In this document: positions 1-8,908 of the stretch, in pieces | Numbering within the stretch: the stretch's first letter is position 1 | How the letters are laid out: every line of letters starts with the position of its first letter | Assembly (NCBI GenBank): GCA_903889905.1 | Contig: CAISZI010000058.1 | Span: 6,160-70,159, forward strand | Direction: 5' to 3' | Source: Candidatus Wirthbacteria bacterium | Lineage (GTDB): Bacteria; Patescibacteriota; CG2-30-54-11 | Length of the DNA: 64,000 nucleotides | The notes under the pieces: generated by a model | Told to the model about the DNA's origin: nothing | Databases searched by the model: none | The model's input: only the letters and a program-made list of their open reading frames with translations | Position numbers and translations under genes: made by a program

Positions 1-400
1 GCGTAGATTTCTTTCGCTCTGCAGCAAACAAACCATCGGCCGCAAGCAGCGCTTTGAGCCGCTCAAACGCAATCTTGAGCGCGCCCTCGCCAAACGGTTC
101 GATCGCGGTGATCTGCAAGCTGAATTTGCCATAGGGCGCGTACAGATTAGGCACGCCCGTCACGATTACCTGCATGCCCTGCTGCACCAGATCGATACCA
201 CGAATGTTGGGTTTGTAATTGCCTAAGTTCAGAATCGCCGCTTCGGTCGTATCTTTGAGGGTGATAAACACGCCGCCTTTGCCACTCAGGCGCAGTTCGG
301 TAATTTCACCCACGACCTGAAACTCGCCCATGTCTTCGAACAGAGTGTTCATCAAGGTGGCAAACTGAGCTACCGAAAGCAGTGGCAGATGATCAGGCAT
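1..400 (-). CDS. xseA: Exodeoxyribonuclease VII large subunit (N-terminal part; runs off the window edge)
   Basis: Not in ORF track. Manual translation from ATG at 400: MPDHLPLLSVAQFATLMNTLFEDMGEFQVVGEITELR...VFITLKD...GMQVIVTG...YAPYGKFSLQITAIEPFGEGALKIAFERLKALLAADGLFAAERKK, which is the XseA OB-fold pattern. Confidence 0.9.
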   Translation of the reverse strand, partial: MPDHLPLLSVAQFATLMNTLFEDMGEFQVVGEITELRLSGKGGVFITLKDTTEAAILNLGNYKPNIRGIDLVQQGMQVIVTGVPNLYAPYGKFSLQITAIEPFGEGALKIAFERLKALLAADGLFAAERKKST

Positions 401-421
401 CGGGTTTTTAGCGTGCAGATA

Positions 422-2593
422 TTATTTAATTTCCAGCGTTTTGACTTCTTTCCAGGTGCTTTCATCGAGCGCGACCACTTTGCTGCTGCTGACCACATAC
501 AGTGTGTTACCGATATAAACAGCCCGGCTGGAAGCGGTGTCACTAATTGTTTTCACAGTGCTCAAACTGCTCCCGGCATAACTGACGACAAACGCCTTGT
601 CGCCGGCTGGCACAAAAACCACCTGATGGTCGCTGTCCTGGAGCAACGCGTGGTAATCATTCTGCACATCCGACCAGTAGGCATCGAGGCTGACTTTGCT
701 GACTTCCCTAGGTGCGGATGGGACACTCACATCAAAGAGCGAGACTTTCACTTTTTGATCATCCATGCCAACGCCCATAATATGAGTGGCGTCAATGGGG
801 TGCAGATACGAGGAATAACCAGGAATTTTGAGCTCGCCAACCTGCTGTGGGTTGCCGGGATTGCTCAGATCCAGGACGTAAAACGGATCGGTCTGGCGAT
901 AAGTCACCACATAGCCCATGTCGCCGACAAAACGCACCGCATAGATCGACTCGCCTTTGCCCAGGTCCTGAACTTTGCCCACAACTTTCAAACTGCTGTT
1001 CAGCACATACACGTCATTGACACTGGAACTGCTGGTCCACCAGTTGTTGATGGTCGAAGCCAAGCGAAGATTACCCTGGTATTCATCCATGGAAAACTGG
1101 TTCTGCAAATAGCCCGGGAATTCACCTGTTTCAGCCACTTTCAAACCATTCAAGTCAACTTTGACCACCGCACTTAGCTGATATTTGCGTCCATTCTGGT
1201 CATAAAAAGCTTTCAATTTGGCTTCATTGTCTTTTTGGTATTTCTCCATCTGTGCCGTGGTCAGTGTTTGCAAGTAACTGCTTTCAATCACGTTCATTTC
1301 CGTTTCTTTGGCCTGGTCGGAAATATCATACGTGCTCAATCTGTCCAGTTTGTCCATAATGGTCTGAGGAAACAAGCCGGAGCCACTATCGTGCAGAAAA
1401 TCCAGCATCATTTTTAGATTGTTCACAGGTTGTTGATAAGCCAGGTATATCGCCTCCGGAAAGACGGAGACAACCGTCGCCGAACTATTGCCCACAAAGC
1501 TGGTTTTGTCCAAATTGTTGCCCGTCGCTGGGTCAATTGCCAGAATAGTGAAGGTATTGCTCACGGTGGTCGGTACGATCGGGTGATAAATCATGGCACA
1601 CGGCACTGAAATAGCAACGCTGTCTTTGAGCATAGGTTCGATTGGACAGGGGGACGAATAATTCAAGCCGGACTGCACCACCACGTACAGTTTTCCGCCA
1701 AGTAGTCGCGCCGTCTGCAGGCTGGCGTTGTTGTCATAAGTATAATGCCACAACTGTTTGGGCTTGGCTGGATCGGATATGTCATAACCGTAAATGCCGG
1801 GCGTGGTTGCCGCACCATTGCGATAATAATCAGTAGAAAAAACCATCAGCACATTACCACTTAGCAGCAGATCACCGCTCAAATCAATGCTGCCAACTTT
1901 GGCCAGGGACTGAGCCGGAACTGCACCAATTACCTGAACTTTAGGCGCATCCATCTGGATGGGCGGCATAATCGGGCTCGGGGCAATCATCTTGGTCGCT
2001 GAGGTGGCATCCAACAATGTTGGCACAACAGGTTCTGATGCCGGGGCTGCTTCGCCGACAACAAGATTGGTGCTCATCAAAGTTGGCACCGCAGCACCAG
2101 CGGACCCGGAACTGCTGCCACTGCTGGAAGCGGAAGGAAGGCTGTAAGCCTTGGGCATGATATCGTTGTAGTAAATCGGATAATTGTTTGAACTGCCGTA
2201 AAAAATCTGCTGGCCATTGGTCTTGATACTGTCCGGCTCGTCGATGCCCAGAACTTGGACATTGGTGGTGGAATAGCGGCCCGCATCCGAGACCAATCCC
2301 GTTGCCGAAATTGAATCTTTGGCCAAGGTGTCCAGCCCGGTTTTGGTTGCTGTCGGTGCAATGGCCGCGTTATTGGCAAGTTGTCTGAGTCCAGAGTCAT
2401 TAGTGCTGGTGCTGGCCTGGGCTAAATAATTTTTGAAATCGTCACTGGATTTAAAGGTATCGAGTTTGAAACCTGTTGGCGCTTTCGTTTCACCGGCAAA
2501 CATGAGCTGATTGGTTTTGCGCAGGTAAATCAATCCCACCAGTCCGATGATAACAACGGCGCTGATCACGATTTGAGTGACTTTCTTGTTCAT
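422..2593 (-). CDS. Secreted/membrane-anchored beta-propeller domain protein (Beta_propel type)
   Basis: N-terminal TM; motifs YSTTNVQVLGIDEPDSIKT, NQFSMDEY, GESIYAVRF, VTYRQTDP, GELKIPGYSSYLHP. Confidence 0.85.
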   Translation of the reverse strand: MNKKVTQIVISAVVIIGLVGLIYLRKTNQLMFAGETKAPTGFKLDTFKSSDDFKNYLAQASTSTNDSGLRQLANNAAIAPTATKTGLDTLAKDSISATGLVSDAGRYSTTNVQVLGIDEPDSIKTNGQQIFYGSSNNYPIYYNDIMPKAYSLPSASSSGSSSGSAGAAVPTLMSTNLVVGEAAPASEPVVPTLLDATSATKMIAPSPIMPPIQMDAPKVQVIGAVPAQSLAKVGSIDLSGDLLLSGNVLMVFSTDYYRNGAATTPGIYGYDISDPAKPKQLWHYTYDNNASLQTARLLGGKLYVVVQSGLNYSSPCPIEPMLKDSVAISVPCAMIYHPIVPTTVSNTFTILAIDPATGNNLDKTSFVGNSSATVVSVFPEAIYLAYQQPVNNLKMMLDFLHDSGSGLFPQTIMDKLDRLSTYDISDQAKETEMNVIESSYLQTLTTAQMEKYQKDNEAKLKAFYDQNGRKYQLSAVVKVDLNGLKVAETGEFPGYLQNQFSMDEYQGNLRLASTINNWWTSSSSVNDVYVLNSSLKVVGKVQDLGKGESIYAVRFVGDMGYVVTYRQTDPFYVLDLSNPGNPQQVGELKIPGYSSYLHPIDATHIMGVGMDDQKVKVSLFDVSVPSAPREVSKVSLDAYWSDVQNDYHALLQDSDHQVVFVPAGDKAFVVSYAGSSLSTVKTISDTASSRAVYIGNTLYVVSSSKVVALDESTWKEVKTLEIK

Positions 2594-2610
2594 GTTTTTG
2601 ACTCCTTTGG

Positions 2611-3897
2611 TTAGGTTATGGTTTGACTTGCCGCACTGTGACCCGCGACATAGCCGGTCGAAAACGCGGCCTGTAAATTGTAGCCACCAGTATCCCCCTG
2701 AATGTCCAGCACTTCACCGGCAAAGTATAGCCCGCTGACCAGCTTGGACTCAAGCGTTTTGGGATCCACTTCCTTGAGCTTGATGCCACCAGCCGTCACC
2801 ACCGCTTCTTCCCAGGGGCGAAGTCCAGTCAAAGTAAGAGGTAAGGCCGTAAGCAGTGTTTGCAGCTGTGTGCGCTCTGCTGCCGAAATTTGATGACCGA
2901 CTTTATCCTCGGCCATGCCACTGAGTTTGAGAAAAACAGGAATCAGGCTGCTGGGTAATAATGTTTTGAGGATATTGCCCAAATTTTTCTTGCCATTTTG
3001 GTCAAATTCACGTTGCAGCCGGTCACGTATTTGCGTCGCACTCAAGGCTGGTTTCAGATTTAATTCTGCCGTCATGCCCAGATTCCAGTGCTGAAAATCC
3101 CGATGCCCGCTGTCCCACATTTGACGTAAAATGGGTACCAGACACTGGCTCAGCTCCAACACGATCGGGCCACTAACACCAAAGTGCGTAAACAATAATT
3201 CACCAAAGGCCACAGCCAGTTGCTTACCGTTATGAAAAAGCGATAGTTCAACGTTTTTGAGCGCCAGTCCGCTGAGTTCTTTTACCCAGCTCTCACTCAC
3301 CTCAAACGGCACCAGACTCGGAACTGGCGTTACAATGACATGTTTTGCATGTCTGGCCAATTCGTAACCGCTGCCAACTGATCCTGTGAGCGGATAACTT
3401 TTGCCACCCGTAGCCACGATCACGGCATCCGCTTCGGTCAATTTGCCCGCCACCAAAACGCCTTTGCACACTCCACCCTCGATCACCAGTTGTTCCACTT
3501 TCTGGCCAAGCCGCAGCTCGACGCCGGCGGCTGTGCACATATTGAGGAGAGCATCGCGCACATCTTTGGATTTCTGGCTGGCCGGATAAAGTCGTCCGCC
3601 GCGTTCCTCGACCGTGTCAACGCCCAACGTCTTGAGCAATTTGAGCAGATCCGGGCTGAAAAACTGGTTAAAAACGCCATAAAGAAATTTTCCGCCCGCG
3701 CCAAAAGCTTTGATAAAGTCTTCACGGCTGGCGGAATTCGTTACATTGCAACGTCCACTACCGGTAATCAGCAGTTTGCGGCCAGTGTAAGTTTGGCCGT
3801 CAATACCAATGACATGGGCACCAGCTGCGGCTGCCGTGCCTGCAGCCATCAGGCCAGAAGCACCAAGACCAACAACGATAATTATTTTTTGAGGCAT
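2611..3897 (-). CDS. HI0933/BaiN-family FAD-dependent oxidoreductase
   Basis: GxGxxG, GRKLLITGSGRCNVTN, ATGGKSYPLTGS, GELLFTHFGVSGP, GLYFAGEVLD, GGYNLQAA; start placed at MPQKIII. Confidence 0.92.
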   Translation of the reverse strand: MPQKIIIVVGLGASGLMAAGTAAAAGAHVIGIDGQTYTGRKLLITGSGRCNVTNSASREDFIKAFGAGGKFLYGVFNQFFSPDLLKLLKTLGVDTVEERGGRLYPASQKSKDVRDALLNMCTAAGVELRLGQKVEQLVIEGGVCKGVLVAGKLTEADAVIVATGGKSYPLTGSVGSGYELARHAKHVIVTPVPSLVPFEVSESWVKELSGLALKNVELSLFHNGKQLAVAFGELLFTHFGVSGPIVLELSQCLVPILRQMWDSGHRDFQHWNLGMTAELNLKPALSATQIRDRLQREFDQNGKKNLGNILKTLLPSSLIPVFLKLSGMAEDKVGHQISAAERTQLQTLLTALPLTLTGLRPWEEAVVTAGGIKLKEVDPKTLESKLVSGLYFAGEVLDIQGDTGGYNLQAAFSTGYVAGHSAASQTIT

Positions 3898-3968
3898 GTC
3901 CAGATTGTACCGGCTTTGGGGAGGCGAGGCAATCAAAGACCACCCTCAGGTTAATTACTAAGCAGCCA

Positions 3969-3999
3969 ACGAAACAAGCTTCAGGGGAAGCTGTTTCGT
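3969..3999. terminator. Intergenic hairpin, possible terminator
   Basis: ACGAAAC-A-AGCTTC agg GAAGCT-GTTTCGT stem downstream of 4020-4568; no clear U tract. Confidence 0.35.
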
Positions 4000-4019
4000 A
4001 TAGTCATTTTAAGTAGCGT

Positions 4020-4568
4020 TCACTCCCGACAGCAGTCCACGGCCTTTTTGACCACCTGGCCGAGCTTGGCAAACAGGCTGGAGCTACCTTTGTCCACCGG
4101 TTTGGCGTCTTCGGAGATGAAGTGCGCTTTGTCGTCGTCCACGTGTTTGACGTCCTCGGTTTTGACAATGCCCAGGTTAAGGCCCCAGAAAAGGCTGTAA
4201 AGGTTGTAGGCTTTTTTGAACAAATCGCGCGCGTCGGCTTCACTGCCTTTGCCCAGCATTTTGGTGCCGACTTCCATCAAGCGCATCGAGCTGGCGAGCA
4301 GGTGCTTGGAAATACACCAGACTTCGCCCTCGTAGTCCTTGATAATGCGCTTCAGGAGCGATTTGCGCATATCGCGCACTTCTTTGAGCACTTCATAGTA
4401 AGCGGGATTGCCCGTTTTTTCGGCGCTGAAAAACAGGTGTTCTTCGATACTGATCAGGTTCATGATACCAATCGAAAGGTCCTCATCGGAACTCAAATCG
4501 AGCTTTTCGCCTTTTTCCATCTTTTTGACTTTATCCAAAAAAGCCTGAACGTCCTTGTCTTCAGCCAT
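4020..4568 (-). CDS. Hypothetical helical protein with C-terminal CC motif
   Basis: 182-aa ORF with EEH, WCISKHLL and terminal DCCRE; 9 bp downstream of 4578-5090. Confidence 0.75.
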   Translation of the reverse strand: MAEDKDVQAFLDKVKKMEKGEKLDLSSDEDLSIGIMNLISIEEHLFFSAEKTGNPAYYEVLKEVRDMRKSLLKRIIKDYEGEVWCISKHLLASSMRLMEVGTKMLGKGSEADARDLFKKAYNLYSLFWGLNLGIVKTEDVKHVDDDKAHFISEDAKPVDKGSSSLFAKLGQVVKKAVDCCRE

Positions 4569-4577
4569 GGATTGCCT

Positions 4578-5090
4578 TTATTTCAAAGTGATAAAGTAAA
4601 AAAACACGCTGGCCAGGATGAGTGGAGTCACTGGCAAAATGACTTTTTGATAAGGAAAATGCGCCTTGCCGTCTTCACGTTGCATACGCAAAATACGGTC
4701 GCCATAAAACCCCAACAAGAACAAAACGGTACCGACCAGTATACCCACCAGCAATTTGTCGATGCCCCACAAGCGGTTAAGTGGATGGCCTGCAAAATTA
4801 AAAATATAAAGCCATGGAACAGTGAGTAACCAGTAAATCGTGATACAAATGTAATCCGTGAGCGCCGGCGACCAATCTTTCCAGCGCTTGCGCAGCCACT
4901 TCGACGTCCAGAATCCCATGAGCAGCAACGCGGCGCCAACCCACAGTCCCGTTACCGTATCATCAATCCCCAGCCATCGCGATAACCCCAAACCGCCCAC
5001 CACCGCCACGGTACAAACCGGACATTGGGCATGGGCTGCGGCCGGCAATAAAAGCAAAACGACCGCTGTCAAAACAAACAAAAAAAACAT
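4578..5090 (-). CDS. Hypothetical multi-TM protein with CPVC motif after an AHA signal-like site
   Basis: AAAHAQCPVCTVAVVGGLGLSRWLGIDD plus about 4 hydrophobic helices; start re-set to MFFLFVL because the upstream extension runs through a repeat. Confidence 0.75.
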   Translation of the reverse strand: MFFLFVLTAVVLLLLPAAAHAQCPVCTVAVVGGLGLSRWLGIDDTVTGLWVGAALLLMGFWTSKWLRKRWKDWSPALTDYICITIYWLLTVPWLYIFNFAGHPLNRLWGIDKLLVGILVGTVLFLLGFYGDRILRMQREDGKAHFPYQKVILPVTPLILASVFFYFITLK

Positions 5091-5147
5091 ACAAAATCCT
5101 CGATTATCAAACTGTGGGTATATTAGCATAGAAGAGGAGAGGGGGGA

Positions 5148-5188
5148 AAGAGAACTCACCCTACCCTCTCTTAGGTAAAGAGAGGGTT
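5148..5188 (+). repeat. REP-like hairpin, family A (left of DUF559 #1)
   Basis: AAGAGAACTCA leader, then stem ACCCTCTCTT / AAGAGAGGGT (5163-5187). Confidence 0.8.
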
Positions 5189-5266
5189 TAGAACAAACAA
5201 CCCTGATTAACACACCTTTGGTTTGATATACTTCAAAAAATTTCCAAACACTATTACAATTGAAGC

Positions 5267-5647
5267 ATGACGATTCTTCATAATAAACTTTCATTCAAAG
5301 AACGGCGACGTGAGCTGCGTCATAATCAAACTGACGCTGAGAATGTTTTATGGCAACGAATACGGGGACGCCAAATTCTTAACTTCAAATTCTACCGCCA
5401 ATTTAGCGTCGGCGCATATATCATGGATTTCTATGCCCCACAAGCTAAACTTGGCATTGAACTTGACGGAGGACAGCACGCAGAGGCAAATCAAGAAGAA
5501 TACGATCAAATTCGAACAGATTATTTAACTTCTATTGGAATCCGAATCCTGAGATTTTGGAATTACGAGGTGATGAACGACTTGGTTACTGTAACAGAAA
5601 CAATTAACAACCATTTGTCGAATCTAATCCTACCCCCTTCCCTTTAA
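5267..5647 (+). CDS. DUF559 / Vsr-like endonuclease-domain protein #1
   Basis: RRELRHNQTDAENVLW...KFYRQ...YIMDFY...IELDGGQH...YDQIRT...ILRFWN; TACAAT 6 nt before the ATG. Confidence 0.9.
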   Translation: MTILHNKLSFKERRRELRHNQTDAENVLWQRIRGRQILNFKFYRQFSVGAYIMDFYAPQAKLGIELDGGQHAEANQEEYDQIRTDYLTSIGIRILRFWNYEVMNDLVTVTETINNHLSNLILPPSL

Positions 5648-5677
5648 TAAAGGGAAGGGCTGGGGATGAGTTCTCTT
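5635..5677 (-). repeat. REP-like hairpin, family A (right of DUF559 #1, inverted)
   Basis: Stem CCCTTCCCTTT/AAAGGGAAGGG; tail TGAGTTCTCTT is the exact reverse complement of 5148-5158. Confidence 0.8.
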
Positions 5678-7808
5678 ATTCTTTCATACTCAGCTGTATC
5701 CGCTTCCTCTCCTTATCAATCGTCATCACTCTGACCTGCACGTGCTGCTGCAGTTTGACCACTTCGCTCGGGTCTTTGATAAAGCGATCGGCCATCTCGC
5801 TGATGTGCACCAGACCGTCCTGATGCACGCCAATATCAACAAACGCCCCAAAAGCCGTGACGTTGGTGACAATGCCAGGCAGACTCATGCCTTCCTTGAG
5901 GTCGGCCAAGGTATGCACACCTTTGGCAAACGCGAAAACCGTGAGCTGTTCACGCGGGTCACGGCCGGGCTTGGCCAGTTCCGCCAGAATGTCGTTAAGC
6001 GTTGGTAAACCAACGGTTTCATTCACATATTTGCGCAAATCAATTTTTCCGCGCCGACTGTCATCGGTCAACAAATCCCCCACTTTGGCATTCAAATCCG
6101 TGGCCATGGCCGCAACGATGTGATAGCTCTCGGGGTGGACAGCGGAATTGTCGAGTGGATTGGTGGCGCCATGAATGCGCAAAAACCCGGCACATTGTTC
6201 AAAAGCTTTGGCACCCAGTCGCGTCACTTTTTTGAGCTCGCTGCGTGATTTAAACGCACCGTTTTCGGCACGGTAATCAACAATATTCTGCGCCAGCACC
6301 GGCCCCAGGCCGGAAACATACATCAGGAGATGTTTGCTCGCAGTATTCACATTCACGCCCACCGCATTGACGCAACTTTCGACCACCATATCCAAGGAGT
6401 GTTTGAGCTTGGTCTGGTCGACATCATGCTGATACTGCCCCACGCCAATCGATTTGGGGTCGATTTTGACCAGTTCAGCGAGTGGATCCATCAGCCGCCG
6501 GCCAATCGAGATCGAGCCGCGTACCGTGACATCCTGATTGGGAAATTCTTCTCGGGCTGCTTCCGAGGCTGAGTAGATCGAAGCGCCACTTTCGTTCACC
6601 ACATAAATCGGGATATCTTTGCCGAATTTCAATCCGCGGACAAACGCCTCAGTCTCACGACTCGCGGTACCATTACCAATTGAGATTGCCTCAATATCAT
6701 ATTTGTCCACCAACCCGCGCAGTTTCACGGCCGCCAGTGCGGTATCTTCCTGTGGCGGGTGTGGATAAATCGTGTCGTTAATGATGAAGTTACCCTGAGC
6801 GTCGAGGATAACCACTTTGACGCCGGAGCGAAAACCCGGGTCAAGCGCTAACACCTGTTTTTGGCCCAACGGCGGCGACATCAGCAGTTGCCGAGTATTG
6901 TCGGCAAAGACGCGGATCGCTTCCTCGTCAGCGCGTTCTTTGGCACTGCTGGCGAATTCCGTCTCAATTGACGGCGACATCAGCCGGCTGTAACCGTCTT
7001 CGATGCTCATCATCACCTGCTCACAACAACTGGGTTCACCGCCCCGGCGCAAGAACAGTCGTTTCAAGGTGTCAGTACATTTGTCCTGTGGCGGCTCGAT
7101 GATGAAACGCAAATAGCCCTCGGCTTCGCCGCGGAAAATCGCCAGGATCCGGTGCGAGGGGCATTTGTACAAAAGTTCAAAAAAGTTGAAATAATCACGA
7201 AATTTGGCGCCCTGTTCTTCCATGCCTTCCACGACAACCGCACGCAGCAGCGCTTCACGTTCAAAAATACGACGAATGGCGTTACGCGCATCAATGTCCT
7301 CACTCACCCACTCGGCCATGATGTCGCGCGCACCCTCCAGCGCTTCCTCGACATTGTAAATCAAATCGACGACATACTTCCCGGCTTCAGTCTGCAAATC
7401 AGTACCAGGTTCCTGCATGAAAATCATGGCCGCCAGCGGTTCCAACCCTTTTTCGCGTGCCGCCTGTGCTCTCGTCTTACGTTTGGGTTTATAAGGCAGA
7501 TACAAATCCTCAAGCTCAACCAGCGTCGTTGCCGCGTCAATACCGGCTTGGAGCGCATCCGTGAGTTTGCCCTGTTTCTCAATCGACCCCAAGATGTAAA
7601 CGCGGCGTTCGTCCAGTTCTTTGAGCTTGGTCATTTCGAGCAAAATGTTGCCAATCTGCACTTCGTCCAAACTGCCAGTTGCTTCTTTGCGGTAACGCGA
7701 AATAAACGGTACAGTACCGCCTTCGGCCAACAATTCCATGGTGTTCCGAACCTGCTCCGGCGAGATCGAAAGTCGAACAACGATGATACCGACGTGTTTA
7801 TGATTCAT
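5676..7808 (-). CDS. tex: Tex-family RNA-binding transcriptional accessory protein
   Basis: TVPFISRYRKEATG, LEDLYLPYKPKR, LALDPGFRSG, GASIYSAS, IGVGQYQHD, C-terminal S1 domain (FGAFVDIGVHQDGLVHIS). Confidence 0.95.
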   Translation of the reverse strand: MNHKHVGIIVVRLSISPEQVRNTMELLAEGGTVPFISRYRKEATGSLDEVQIGNILLEMTKLKELDERRVYILGSIEKQGKLTDALQAGIDAATTLVELEDLYLPYKPKRKTRAQAAREKGLEPLAAMIFMQEPGTDLQTEAGKYVVDLIYNVEEALEGARDIMAEWVSEDIDARNAIRRIFEREALLRAVVVEGMEEQGAKFRDYFNFFELLYKCPSHRILAIFRGEAEGYLRFIIEPPQDKCTDTLKRLFLRRGGEPSCCEQVMMSIEDGYSRLMSPSIETEFASSAKERADEEAIRVFADNTRQLLMSPPLGQKQVLALDPGFRSGVKVVILDAQGNFIINDTIYPHPPQEDTALAAVKLRGLVDKYDIEAISIGNGTASRETEAFVRGLKFGKDIPIYVVNESGASIYSASEAAREEFPNQDVTVRGSISIGRRLMDPLAELVKIDPKSIGVGQYQHDVDQTKLKHSLDMVVESCVNAVGVNVNTASKHLLMYVSGLGPVLAQNIVDYRAENGAFKSRSELKKVTRLGAKAFEQCAGFLRIHGATNPLDNSAVHPESYHIVAAMATDLNAKVGDLLTDDSRRGKIDLRKYVNETVGLPTLNDILAELAKPGRDPREQLTVFAFAKGVHTLADLKEGMSLPGIVTNVTAFGAFVDIGVHQDGLVHISEMADRFIKDPSEVVKLQQHVQVRVMTIDKERKRIQLSMKE

Positions 7809-7843
7809 GCTCTTATATCCTCAATCATTAAGCCAAAATTCTC

Positions 7844-7869
7844 GTCGGGGCGCCCCTTGCGGTCGCCCT
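7844..7869 (+). repeat. GTAG-type REP-like palindrome (degenerate)
   Basis: GTCG-GGGCG...CGCCC; resembles 59061-59084. Confidence 0.45.
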
Positions 7870-7871
7870 CT

Positions 7872-8722
7872 CTATTTCTTCCCCCTCAGATGCACCCACC
7901 AATACGGCAATGCCACCAAACCAGCACCACCCACAACATTACCCAGTGTTGACCAAACCAAATTAACGCCAATTTTCCCCATGGTCAGTGCCGTGAGCTG
8001 TCCTCCCGATGCCAGGAACCCCGCCGGCAGCATAAACATGTTGGCCACCGAATGCTCAAACCCCATGGCCACAAATGCTGACACGCCAATCACAATCACG
8101 GCCACGCGGCTGATCCCGTCCTGTACCGACAGCGCCATATACACAGCCAGACAAACCAACGCGTTGGCCAGAATGCCGCGCACAAAAATTTCCAATGGCG
8201 CGAGCGCCACTTTGGTGACAGCAATGTTAACGCTGGTGATCCCGATTGTTGCTATGCCGGGCAAGTCTTTGACCGTCTGCACCGACTTGAGCGCAGCAGC
8301 CCCATAAACAACGTGGCCCAAAAGTCCCGTGAGATAAACCAGGTTGGCCAAACCCAGCGAACCGACAAAGTTAAAACATACACAATCACCCAACTGCGCA
8401 GCATAGCTTTGAGGCCAAATTTGCCACTCAGCCAACCCATGGGCATCAGGCAATTGCCAGTAAAAAGTTCGGCGCCGGCAAAGTAGACCAAAATTAACCC
8501 GAGGCTAAACGCCATCGCCGCGAGCAATTTGAGCAAACCAAGCGGAAAACCCTCAGGTTGAAAAGCCATTACACTGGTATACAGCTGCGCCCCAAGTCCA
8601 ATGTAAACGCCAGCTAAAGTCCCGAGTATCGCCAGACTGCCAAACGATTTTTTAACTTTTTGTGCTTGCCCTTCAGCCAGGTAAACCGCCGTTTCCGCCG
8701 AGGTACGAATGCTGTCTGCCAT
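7872..8722 (-). pseudogene. Formate/nitrite transporter (FNT family) split by a 1-nt frameshift
   Basis: N-half (AGVYIGLG, FSLGLILV, GAELFTGN) and C-half (NFVGS, GILANALVCLA, FEHSVANM, GNVVGG) are in different frames; junction at the 4-T run at 8373-8376. Confidence 0.85.
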
Positions 8723-8803
8723 GTGTTTGCCTCTCAAAAATAAACACGCCAGGGAATATACCACAACACGATTATTGATTGCCAATGCATTGGACAGAAA
8801 AGA

Positions 8804-8908
8804 GTAACCCCTCTTAATCTCCCCTTACATTAAGGGGAGATATCGGATTCTCCATTTACCATTTTCATGTACCTTCCCTTAAAGTAAGGGAAGGCTAGGA
8901 AGGGTTAT
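8804..8908. repeat. Inverted doublet of family-A REP-like hairpins (REPIN-like)
   Basis: ATCTCCCCTTA cat TAAGGGGAGAT and CCTTCCCTTA aag TAAGGGAAGG with TAACCC leaders at the outer ends; both units closely match 60391-60484 in inverted orientation. Confidence 0.85.

Noticed and set aside
389-1177. 262-aa plus-strand ORF and the many other ORFs overlapping called genes (e.g. 7152-7952, 15122-16027, 27772-28458)
   Set aside because: Antisense or alternate-frame to well-supported CDSs, with no independent motifs.
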